Position numbers and translations under genes: made by a program | Origin: an archaeon | Lineage (GTDB): Archaea > Iainarchaeota > Iainarchaeia > Iainarchaeales > CSSED10-239 | DNA length: 32,000 nucleotides | Reading direction: 5' to 3' | Assembly: GCA_035387745.1 (NCBI GenBank) | Contig: DAOOON010000001.1 | Location: 31,952 to 63,951, forward strand | The notes under the pieces: generated by a model | Seen by the model: the letters and a program-made list of their open reading frames with translations, nothing else | The model's database searches: none | Told to the model about the DNA's origin: nothing | Shown here: positions 24,439 to 32,000 of the stretch, piece by piece | Position numbering within the stretch: position 1 is the stretch's first letter | Layout of the letters: every line of letters begins with the position of its first letter

Positions 24439-25398
24439 ATGGCAATAGCAAAAAGAGCAGCAAAAAGAATTGCTCCAAAAACTTTGGAAAAAATGAGAAA
24501 CAGAACTGCAGAAAAAGAAAGAATGAATGCAGAAAAAGAAAAAAACAAAATATTAAAATTAAAAGAATATAGAGAAAAAACTCAAGAAGATTTACAATAT
24601 GAAGCAAGATATGGTAAACTTTTAAGTAATTTAAGAAAGCAAAAGCGCTCAAAAATTGCAGATAAAGAAAGATTTACTCCTAAGATAGGTTTATCAGAAG
24701 CTGAGCGATCAAAAAACATGAGAAATATAACTCAAGAGAAGATTGATGCTTTAAAAAACAGAATAAATTCTATTGAAAATGCTTGGAAGCATTTAGAAAG
24801 CCAAAAATATGTTCCTGATAATAATAATCCACAAAAAGGAATGATTATTAGATTTCTAACAGAAGCAAAAACTAAGAAACAGTGGAAAGAGAGGGGTTTT
24901 CAAGAAGGGCACATAGTTTCAGAAAAACAATATAAAGATGCATTAAATAGAAACAGATTAGCATATAATACCGCAGTAAATGAATTGAACAGAGCAGAAT
25001 TTTTATATTCTCTAAAAAGACAAGAAAGATGGTTGTCTGGTAAAAATGTAGGAGAATTTAAAGAAGCTCACGCAAAGGCAATAGATGTTTTAGCACAAAG
25101 ATATGAACGCGGACAAATTAATGGAGAAACTTTAAAAAAATTTATGTCTGTTTTAGATTCTTCAGTAAATAGAACTCTTGAACAGCACAGAGTTTTAGAA
25201 AAAACAAAAGGTTCTGAATATTTTGATGCGCACTCAAGGGTTGCTGGGAAAGTGTTATTGTCTTTCATGAAAGAAGCAAATTTAAAGAACTTTAACGAGT
25301 CAGCAAAAAAGTTTGAATTAAAAATGAGTGCAATTGCGGGCACAATAGATAAACCAAATAGATCAGTAGAATTAGAATGGCTTTATAAAAGATTATAA
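24439..25398 (+). CDS. Hypothetical K/E/R-rich, probably coiled-coil protein
   Basis: 319-aa ORF with an ATG start and a highly charged N-terminal third. No recognisable family. Confidence 0.55.
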   Translation: MAIAKRAAKRIAPKTLEKMRNRTAEKERMNAEKEKNKILKLKEYREKTQEDLQYEARYGKLLSNLRKQKRSKIADKERFTPKIGLSEAERSKNMRNITQEKIDALKNRINSIENAWKHLESQKYVPDNNNPQKGMIIRFLTEAKTKKQWKERGFQEGHIVSEKQYKDALNRNRLAYNTAVNELNRAEFLYSLKRQERWLSGKNVGEFKEAHAKAIDVLAQRYERGQINGETLKKFMSVLDSSVNRTLEQHRVLEKTKGSEYFDAHSRVAGKVLLSFMKEANLKNFNESAKKFELKMSAIAGTIDKPNRSVELEWLYKRL

Positions 25399-26088
25399 TT
25401 ATTTATATTTCCATTCTTTTCCAGGCTCAATCACTATTGGTTTAATAGTATACCTGGTGTTCTCAAATTTATTTTTTAGAATATAAGGGTCTTGTTTTAT
25501 ATGAGCAAAAGTATTGTAGCTCATTGGTATTAGATATTTTGGTCGGATTTTTTTTGCAACACTAACTGCGCTACCAAGATCTAGTGTTGTTTTTCCACCA
25601 ATCGGTAAAATTGCAATATCTGCTTTTATCTTGTCGTGCTCCTTTGTCATAAAAGTGTCTCCAGAAAAGTAAATGCTGTTTTTTTTATCAGCAATAAGAT
25701 AACTCAATGGATAAAAAGACGTTGGGTGATGTGCAGGATATGCAGTATAATATATGTCGTTTATTGTTTTTGTCTTATATTCGTCCATAGACACTTTATA
25801 GTTTTCTCCGCAATCAATTTTATTTAGTACACTTCGGTGTGCAATTACTTTTGGTTTATTTTTTTTAACAATAAGATTAGTATTTGCTATATCAAATGAA
25901 TCAAAATGTTCGTGACTAATTAAAATGCTGTCTATTGAAGGTATGTTTGTCACTGGCATTGCGCAATCAATAAGTCGTTTATAGCTGCATTTGTCGTTAT
26001 TATCAAAATAAGGGTCAGTAAGTATATTATTTCCATTCATATTAATAATGAATGATGAATGTCCTAAATATCTAATCTTAATCCCCAT
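25399..26088 (-). CDS. Metallo-beta-lactamase-fold hydrolase (UPF0173-like)
   Basis: 229 aa. It has an N-terminal IRYLGHSSFII, an HxHxD-type motif ISHEHFDS and GDT further on. Confidence 0.7.
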   Translation of the reverse strand: MGIKIRYLGHSSFIINMNGNNILTDPYFDNNDKCSYKRLIDCAMPVTNIPSIDSILISHEHFDSFDIANTNLIVKKNKPKVIAHRSVLNKIDCGENYKVSMDEYKTKTINDIYYTAYPAHHPTSFYPLSYLIADKKNSIYFSGDTFMTKEHDKIKADIAILPIGGKTTLDLGSAVSVAKKIRPKYLIPMSYNTFAHIKQDPYILKNKFENTRYTIKPIVIEPGKEWKYK

Positions 26089-26213
26089 ATATAGATTAAA
26101 GTAAGTAATATATTTAAAGCAATCTTCTAAATTTAGTAATATGTCGTTTATATAAACATTTTTATACCATATATTACAATATACTATATAAATATTTATA
26201 GGAGAAGAAGAGA

Positions 26214-27023
26214 ATGGCTAAGAAACACATATTAATTGGGATATTATTTTTAGTTTTATTGATGCCAGTATATGCAGTCTCCCTAAAAGACTTTGATATT
26301 TCTATTAACGTTTCTTCGCCAGATAAAGCAACAATAATTGAGACTTGGAATGTAGATGCCGGTTCTGAAGAAGAACTATCTGATTTTAAATCAGCTATTT
26401 TAAGAAACAGTGGGAATTTAGCAGAATTAAGGGAAATAAATCCAGATTTAAATCCACACATTTTTGTTGATGAGATTAATATTAGAAATTTTGCAATATC
26501 TTTTGATGATTTCACCAAAAAAATAAGATTAGAATATACTATCGCGGATAAATGTCTAATTAATTTTCTGGATTATCAAGATCAAATAATTTGGGAGTTA
26601 AACAATCATCTATTTAATCAATTTATAATTACAGGGGTATTTAATATTCCAACAAATTCACAAATATCTATTACTCTTTATGATCCACTATTGATAGGAG
26701 ATGTCGTACCGACTGCGAAAATTACTGGGCGAACAATATTGTGGGGTGGCTCTTCATCAAATGAAATAAGAGTTCTTGCAATAGAAAAGAAACCACCAAA
26801 GCCAAGTTTTGTATTTTCTAATTTATTTTCTAAAGATTATCTTAATAAATCATATTTTACTGTTTTATTTATTTTATTAATTATCGTTTTAATATTATTA
26901 ATTTTTAAGAACAAAGTAAATTCCGGAATAAAAAAGTTTATTACCAAACATTCTGTAATAAAGCCAAGAAAACAAATAAACGACATTGTTGATTTTGATT
27001 TTGTTAGTAAAAAAAATAAATGA
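26214..27023 (+). CDS. Hypothetical secreted/anchored protein (N-terminal signal peptide, C-terminal TM helix)
   Basis: 269 aa with a signal-like MAKKHILIGILFLVLLMPVYA and a C-terminal YFTVLFILLIIVLILLIF followed by a basic tail. Confidence 0.6.
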   Translation: MAKKHILIGILFLVLLMPVYAVSLKDFDISINVSSPDKATIIETWNVDAGSEEELSDFKSAILRNSGNLAELREINPDLNPHIFVDEINIRNFAISFDDFTKKIRLEYTIADKCLINFLDYQDQIIWELNNHLFNQFIITGVFNIPTNSQISITLYDPLLIGDVVPTAKITGRTILWGGSSSNEIRVLAIEKKPPKPSFVFSNLFSKDYLNKSYFTVLFILLIIVLILLIFKNKVNSGIKKFITKHSVIKPRKQINDIVDFDFVSKKNK

Positions 27024-27029
27024 ATACTT

Positions 27030-28523
27030 ATGAATTTAAAATTTCAAGAATCAGACGCGATAGTTTATGAGTATCTAAAGGAGAACAAATCTGCAATGCT
27101 TGAAGAACTATTAAAAAATACAAACTATAATCAAGACTCTATAAGGCGCTCTATCGAAACTCTTAAATTAAATGGCGTAATTGAAGAAAACACAACAATT
27201 TCTTATATTTACGAATTAGACACAAATGGCAAATTGGCTTTAGAGAACGGCTTTATAGAAGAGTTATTCTGCAATTATATAAAAGATAAGAAAATAAAAG
27301 TTACTGAAATAAATAATCTAGAAATACCAAATTTAAATAAAGAAGACATAATTTTGGCCTTTGGTATTGCTAAAAGGAAAGAACTCATAGAAATAATTGA
27401 CGGCACTCTAAAAACTAAAAAAGAAAGTAAAACACAAATTTCTAAACAAAAAGAAATGCTTTCAGATATTTCCTTAAAAAAACCAATTATAGAAAATTTA
27501 GATTTTCAAGAACTTCTAAAAAGAAAAAATTTTATTTTAAAAAAAGAAAAGCAAAACAAAGAGTATAAGCTATTACAGATTATAAGCTACAACATTATTT
27601 CAGATCAACAACTTTATTTGACGCCCGATATTTTAAAATCAGGAGAATACCGTAATATTAATTTCAAAGAGTTTGAGGTTACTGCTTTGCCTTTGCCAAA
27701 AGAGCAAGGCAGAATAAATCCTTTAAGACAAGTAATCTATCAAATAAGAGAATTATTTTTACAAATGGGTTTTAAAGAAATGCAAGGCCCATACATTGAA
27801 AGCTGTTTTTGGAATATGGATTCTATGTTTATTTCTCAAAATCATCCAGCAAGAGACATTCAAGACACTTTCTATTTAGATCTTTTCGGAGAATTACCTG
27901 CCGAAAGAAATTTAACTGCACAGATTGCAGAGATTCATAATAATGGCTGGAAAACCGGTTCAAAAGGCTATCAGTATGAATGGAATTGCGAAGAATCTAA
28001 AAAATTAATATTAAGAACACACACCACCGCAACAACCTACAGAACTTTTTTTAATTTGTCTTCTGAAGAAAAAGACAATTCTAAATATTTTTGCATTGAT
28101 AAAGTCTTTAGAAACGAAACAATAGATTTTACACATCTTCCTGAATTTCATCAAGCGGAAGGCTTTATTATTGGAGACAACTTGTCTCTAGCTGATCTTT
28201 TAGCATTTATTAAAGAGTTTTTTTCAAAACTTGGAATAGAAAAAGTAAAATTCAAGCCAACCTATAATCCATATACGGAACCGAGTGTTGAAGCAAGTGG
28301 TTATCAAGAAAGCACAGGTAAATGGATAGAATTAATTAATGCAGGAGTATTCAGACCAGAGTCTTTAGCACCATATGGCATAGAAAAAACAGTTATTGCC
28401 TGGGGCCTTGGCGTTGAAAGACTAGCAATGTTACTATATCAAAAGCCAATAAAAGAGATTCATGGCGATGAAGAAAACATTGATTGGTTAAAGGAATATA
28501 TAATACCAAAAAGAGAACTATAA
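27030..28523 (+). CDS. pheS: Phenylalanine--tRNA ligase alpha subunit (archaeal type)
   Basis: 497 aa with class II motifs (FRNETIDFTHLPEFHQAEG; GLGVERLAML) and the archaeal-type long N-terminal extension. Confidence 0.92.
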   Translation: MNLKFQESDAIVYEYLKENKSAMLEELLKNTNYNQDSIRRSIETLKLNGVIEENTTISYIYELDTNGKLALENGFIEELFCNYIKDKKIKVTEINNLEIPNLNKEDIILAFGIAKRKELIEIIDGTLKTKKESKTQISKQKEMLSDISLKKPIIENLDFQELLKRKNFILKKEKQNKEYKLLQIISYNIISDQQLYLTPDILKSGEYRNINFKEFEVTALPLPKEQGRINPLRQVIYQIRELFLQMGFKEMQGPYIESCFWNMDSMFISQNHPARDIQDTFYLDLFGELPAERNLTAQIAEIHNNGWKTGSKGYQYEWNCEESKKLILRTHTTATTYRTFFNLSSEEKDNSKYFCIDKVFRNETIDFTHLPEFHQAEGFIIGDNLSLADLLAFIKEFFSKLGIEKVKFKPTYNPYTEPSVEASGYQESTGKWIELINAGVFRPESLAPYGIEKTVIAWGLGVERLAMLLYQKPIKEIHGDEENIDWLKEYIIPKREL

Positions 28524-28525
28524 AT

Positions 28526-30199
28526 ATGGCAACAATAGAATTAAATTTTTCTGATGTAAAAAACGAATTTAATAAAGACATTTCTATTGATGAGTTTGAA
28601 GAAGTATTATTCAATTATGGTTTTGAAATTGACAGTTATAATAAAGTCACAGATGAATTAAGAATAGAAGTAACTGCAGAAAGAGCAGACGTTCTTTCTA
28701 AAGAAGGATTATTAAGAGTTTTAAAAGTCTTTGGCGGCCATGGCAAACCTTTAAACTATTCTGCAAAAAAGCCAACACACATTTTAAATATTGATAATTC
28801 TGTCAAATTAGTCAGGCCATATAGCGTTTGTGCAATTATTAAAAATCTCAAGTTAACAGATGATAGATTAAAACAAATTATTGCAGTTCAAGAAAAGCTT
28901 CACTTTACGGTTTTTAGAAAAAGGACTCTTGGGGCTATCGGAGTCTATCCATTAGATAAAATAAAATTTCCAATAACTTTCTGTGCAAAAACTCCAAAAG
29001 ATATTAGATTTACGCCTCTTGGTGAAAATAAGGAAATGTCTGGAGAAGAAATTTTAAAAGATACAGAAACTGGTAAAGAATATGCTCACCTGTTATTAGA
29101 GAAGGATAAATATCCTATTTTTATAGATAATTCTGGCCAGATTCTATCAATGCCGCCGATAATCAATTCAGATGTCACCGGGAAAGTCACAGAGAATACA
29201 AAAGAAATTTTTATAGAGTGTTCTGGTTTTGATTTAGTAAGATTAAATCAAGTTTTAAATATAATGTGTTGCATGTTTAGCGACTTTGGTGGAGAGCTTC
29301 ACGCAATGGAGATTAATTTAGGAAATTCCTATGCCGAAAAGCAGATTATTACTCCAAATCTAAATGAAGAAAAAAGATTAGTGACATTAGCAAATGTTAA
29401 TTCTTTAATAGGTCTAAATCTAGATATTGATAAGGCTAGTGTTCTTCTAGAAAAGATGTGTTACAAGACAAAGAAGTATGGTAAAGACAAAATAGAAGTC
29501 TCAATTCCACCATACAGAACAGACATCTTACACGAAGTTGATATTATCGATGACATTGCAAGAGCATACGGCTTTAATAATATTCCATTAAAGATGCCAA
29601 AAGTATTTACCGTTGGCGAAAGATTAAAGGATTCAATAAAACAAGACAACATAATACAGATACTAGTGCAATGTGGTTTAATAGAAGTAAGCCCATTGTC
29701 TCTTTCAAGCAAAAAAGAGTCTTTTGAAAACTTTAATATTTCTTTTACAAAAGACAAGGCAATTGAACTTGGTTATTCAAAAGATAAGTCTTTAGATATA
29801 GTTAGCCCTTGGCTTTTACCAAAGCTATTAAAACTTTTAACAAACAACCAGCACATGAGCTATCCTCAAAAGATTTTTAGCTGTGAAAAAGTTGTTATTC
29901 CTGATAAACAAAAAGACGTTAAATCAAAAACCATTCTTCATTCTGCGATTGCCATAGCAAATTCCAAGGTTAGTTTTACAGAAAGCGCAAGCATTCTTGT
30001 AACTTTATGTAATACTCTTGGTTATAGTTTAGAATTACAAAAAAAAGACTATCCTTTCTATATTTCTGGGAGATCAGCAACAATAATAATAAACAATAAA
30101 GAAGTAGGGCACATTGGTGAAATTAATCCAGAAGTATTAAAGCGCTTTGATTATAATATTCCTGTTGTGGCATTTGAAATAGATGTTAATGATTTATAG
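28526..30199 (+). CDS. pheT: Phenylalanine--tRNA ligase beta subunit (archaeal type)
   Basis: The ATG at 28526 (MATIELNFSD) lies 2 nt after the pheS stop. The ORF-track start at 28484 is a TTG inside pheS. B3/4- and B5-like regions are present, and the length is typical of archaeal PheT. Confidence 0.9.
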   Translation: MATIELNFSDVKNEFNKDISIDEFEEVLFNYGFEIDSYNKVTDELRIEVTAERADVLSKEGLLRVLKVFGGHGKPLNYSAKKPTHILNIDNSVKLVRPYSVCAIIKNLKLTDDRLKQIIAVQEKLHFTVFRKRTLGAIGVYPLDKIKFPITFCAKTPKDIRFTPLGENKEMSGEEILKDTETGKEYAHLLLEKDKYPIFIDNSGQILSMPPIINSDVTGKVTENTKEIFIECSGFDLVRLNQVLNIMCCMFSDFGGELHAMEINLGNSYAEKQIITPNLNEEKRLVTLANVNSLIGLNLDIDKASVLLEKMCYKTKKYGKDKIEVSIPPYRTDILHEVDIIDDIARAYGFNNIPLKMPKVFTVGERLKDSIKQDNIIQILVQCGLIEVSPLSLSSKKESFENFNISFTKDKAIELGYSKDKSLDIVSPWLLPKLLKLLTNNQHMSYPQKIFSCEKVVIPDKQKDVKSKTILHSAIAIANSKVSFTESASILVTLCNTLGYSLELQKKDYPFYISGRSATIIINNKEVGHIGEINPEVLKRFDYNIPVVAFEIDVNDL

Positions 30200-30908
30200 A
30201 AGAGATAATCTTTAACATTTCCTTTTCTGCAGCCGCAAATACTTTTTCTAAATTTTTAATATGTTTATTTTTTAAGTCTTTATTCGGATTAAGTAGTTTT
30301 TTTAGATTAATTGGTTTCTTATAAAACAAGACTGCCAAAAGATCTAAATAGGATTTTTCTTTTTTCATATATTTTTTATGAATTATTCTTTTTTGTATTT
30401 CTTTTAAAAACAGGTAATATCCCATTAGTTTGATTTTTGTAACATAGGCTTTTTTGGATTTTATATTCTTGTAATATCTATTAAGCGTTTCTTCTATAAT
30501 TCCGTCAGGATAAAGCACAGGAGAAACTCTTATATTTTTAAATTTACAATCATAGTAAAACTCAAGCATTAAGTGGTCTTCTGGGTTATCTGCAGTAATT
30601 CCGTTTTTATTAAAATAATTATGAAAGTGTTTGTCTAAGACATTGTGGCTAATAAAACCAATAGCAAATGATTTTTCGGCTTTAGTTCTTGCTATAGCAT
30701 ACATTCTTTTTCCAAAGGTTGTGCCTTTCTTATTTCTAATTTCATAAAAGAATTCAGGATTAAGTTTTGTTTGTATTTTATAAAAACCGTAATAATCCGG
30801 AAACAAAGAACCAGAGACAAGATATCTCAAATCTAGTTTTTTAAAAAAAGCAGGTCTTTTTTTTTCTAGTATTTCAACAAACCCAAGATGTGTAAGAACC
30901 GTTGGCAT
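30186..30908 (-). CDS. Hypothetical protein, possibly a zinc-dependent phospholipase C / metal-hydrolase-like fold
   Basis: 240-aa ORF with an N-terminal THLGF and an internal SHNVLDKHFH histidine cluster. The functional call is weak. Its 3' end overlaps pheT convergently by 14 nt. Confidence 0.45.
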   Translation of the reverse strand: MPTVLTHLGFVEILEKKRPAFFKKLDLRYLVSGSLFPDYYGFYKIQTKLNPEFFYEIRNKKGTTFGKRMYAIARTKAEKSFAIGFISHNVLDKHFHNYFNKNGITADNPEDHLMLEFYYDCKFKNIRVSPVLYPDGIIEETLNRYYKNIKSKKAYVTKIKLMGYYLFLKEIQKRIIHKKYMKKEKSYLDLLAVLFYKKPINLKKLLNPNKDLKNKHIKNLEKVFAAAEKEMLKIISSINH

Positions 30909-30936
30909 TAATTAAAACCATTTAGAAAGAAATGAA

Positions 30937-31344
30937 TTATTTCTTTCTTGATATTTTAATCATTGATCCGGCTTTTAGGTATTCGATTTCATTACCTGCA
31001 ACAAGATCAGTAAACTCGTCTTTATCAACTTCATAAGTTTGATAGCTTGCCATATCCATTACTTGATATTTGTTTCCTAGGTCTGCAATTACTTGTGCGT
31101 TTCCTTTGTCAAGTATAGGAATTTGAACATCTTCTGAACTTGGCTTTAATAGATTCATCTTCTGTCCAGTAAAAACCGCAGTTGCTGTCATTCTTATCTT
31201 TGCAGCCCCGTGTTTTCCTGGCTTTGATTTAGTAATTGTGTCTACTTTACAAATTACGTCATCAATTAAGATGAACTGTTTTTCTTTAACTTGTCCAAGT
31301 TCCATAAATTTAATTTCATAATCTCTTGCCATTGATTTCACCAT
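30937..31344 (-). CDS. eif5a: Translation initiation factor 5A (aIF5A)
   Basis: 135 aa. The hypusination loop TKSKPGKHGAAKIRM is present, and the length is typical. Confidence 0.9.
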   Translation of the reverse strand: MVKSMARDYEIKFMELGQVKEKQFILIDDVICKVDTITKSKPGKHGAAKIRMTATAVFTGQKMNLLKPSSEDVQIPILDKGNAQVIADLGNKYQVMDMASYQTYEVDKDEFTDLVAGNEIEYLKAGSMIKISRKK

Positions 31345-31460
31345 TTTTCTATTTTAAAAAAAGCGTTTTTGTATTAAAAACTATATAATTAGGTATAAAT
31401 ATATTTTAAATATGTTTTGTTTAACAAATACTATATTATATCTATATAATTTACAAGAAG

Positions 31461-31928
31461 ATGATCATAATGTTAAAGATATTCAAAAAAATATTTAAAA
31501 AAGTACCAAAAGAAAATACAAGAAATAATATTGCTGTTTTTGTTGACGGCCCAAATATGTTAAGAAAAGAGTTTAATATAGATTTGTCAAAAATTAAATC
31601 TCAATTACAAAAAGACGGGTCTTTAAAGATTGCAAGAGTTTATCTTGATCAGTACGCTACAGATAAATTAATTGAGGCTGTAGTTAATCTGGGTTTTGAA
31701 AGTGTAATAACTGTTGGAGATGTAGATGTTGCAATGTCTGTGGATGCTACAGAGGCCGCATTTAGTCAAGAGATTGATTCAATTGTTTTTATTACAAGAG
31801 ACTCTGACTATCTGCCTGCAATTTTAAAAGCAAAAAGACAAGGCAAGAAAACAATAGTCTATCTTGTCGAAGAAGGCTCTGCAGTTGCATTAAAAAATAC
31901 CGTTGATCGGGTTGTTTTCATAAAGTAG
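31461..31928 (+). CDS. NYN-domain (LabA-like, TIGR00288-type) putative RNase
   Basis: 155 aa with IAVFVDGPNM, GDVDVAMSVDA and ITRDSDYLPA acidic motifs typical of NYN/LabA domains. The start could be one of the nearby downstream Met codons. Confidence 0.7.
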   Translation: MIIMLKIFKKIFKKVPKENTRNNIAVFVDGPNMLRKEFNIDLSKIKSQLQKDGSLKIARVYLDQYATDKLIEAVVNLGFESVITVGDVDVAMSVDATEAAFSQEIDSIVFITRDSDYLPAILKAKRQGKKTIVYLVEEGSAVALKNTVDRVVFIK

Positions 31929-31936
31929 GTTAAAAA

Positions 31937-32000
31937 ATGAATTTGCCAGTAACAAACCCAATTGTAAAGAATGTTCCACTAGATAAGATTATTTCTGAAA
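31937..32000 (+). CDS. 5' fragment of an unidentified ORF running off the window
   Basis: ATG at 31937, open to the window end (MNLPVTNPIVKNVPLDKIISE...). Too short to identify. Confidence 0.3.
   Translation, partial: MNLPVTNPIVKNVPLDKIISE

Noticed and set aside
24422-24652. 76-aa minus-strand F/L-rich ORF.
   Set aside because: It is the exact antisense of the K/E-rich N-terminus of ORF 24439-25398 (AAA/GAA codons read as TTT/TTC). It is a compositional artefact.
26174-26518. 114-aa minus-strand ORF upstream of the MBL hydrolase, competing with plus-strand ORF 26214-27023.
   Set aside because: The plus-strand ORF is longer (269 aa), has a clear signal peptide and a C-terminal TM anchor, and ends 6 nt before pheS in an operon-like arrangement. 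The minus-strand ORF has no features.
1147-29757. About 25 ORFs of 61-129 aa in the track that lie antisense inside larger genes. Examples are 1147-1335, 4759-4977, 5471-5707, 6116-6364, 6518-6724, 7373-7582, 8048-8269, 9362-9583, 10856-11101, 14248-14469, 14723-14908, 15482-15871, 17556-17831, 17997-18203, 19781-20128, 21582-23057 (four ORFs), 25068-25343, 25636-25827, 28393-28614 and 29461-29757.
   Set aside because: Each is fully nested on the opposite strand of an ORF with strong family-level motifs or much greater length. Their translations are low-complexity F/L/S/I-rich strings, typical of antisense reading of K/E/N-rich AT-biased genes. None has a recognisable motif or ribosome-binding site.
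1-32000. Search by eye for CRISPR arrays, rRNA genes, transposases/integrases and toxin-antitoxin or restriction-modification pairs.
   Set aside because: No regularly spaced direct repeats were found. No rRNA-like conserved stretches were found. No ORFs with DDE/tyrosine-recombinase, Cas, methyltransferase or small paired toxin-antitoxin signatures were found. The only repeat families seen are the VR/TR pair, the (AT)9 run and the hairpins already listed.

Overview
This is a strongly AT-rich, very gene-dense archaeal window. Its information-processing genes are archaeal in type: proteasome beta, aCPSF1/FttA, Dph2, class I CCA-adding enzyme, aEF-1beta, ABCE1, RFC large subunit, PCNA, membrane LonB, RNase Z, PheRS alpha/beta and aIF5A. 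The composition, the overlapping gene ends and several lysine-rich lineage-specific orphans suggest a small-genome DPANN-type archaeon; that assignment is inference only. The stand-out feature lies at about 1.6-4.5 kb: a complete diversity-generating retroelement (DGR) in the canonical order target-avd-TR-RT. A 102-nt variable repeat (VR, 2422-2523) at the 3' end of the target gene matches a template repeat (TR, 3189-3290) beside the reverse transcriptase. Of the 23 differences, 21 fall on template adenines. The diversified protein combines an archaeal pilin-type N-terminus with a C-terminal DUF1566/C-type-lectin-like domain, so the retroelement appears to reprogram the ligand-binding tip of a surface or pilus-associated adhesin. 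Unusual details are a TR that is in frame with, and overlaps, the 5' end of the RT ORF, and two perfect GC-rich hairpins with the same CCAGCGG apex downstream of the VR. A separate four-gene operon of prepilin-like proteins lies at 13.25-14.93 kb. The window also holds one tRNA-Arg(TCG) and a 51-aa Zn-ribbon gene absent from the ORF track. No CRISPR array, rRNA, transposase or integrase was seen.
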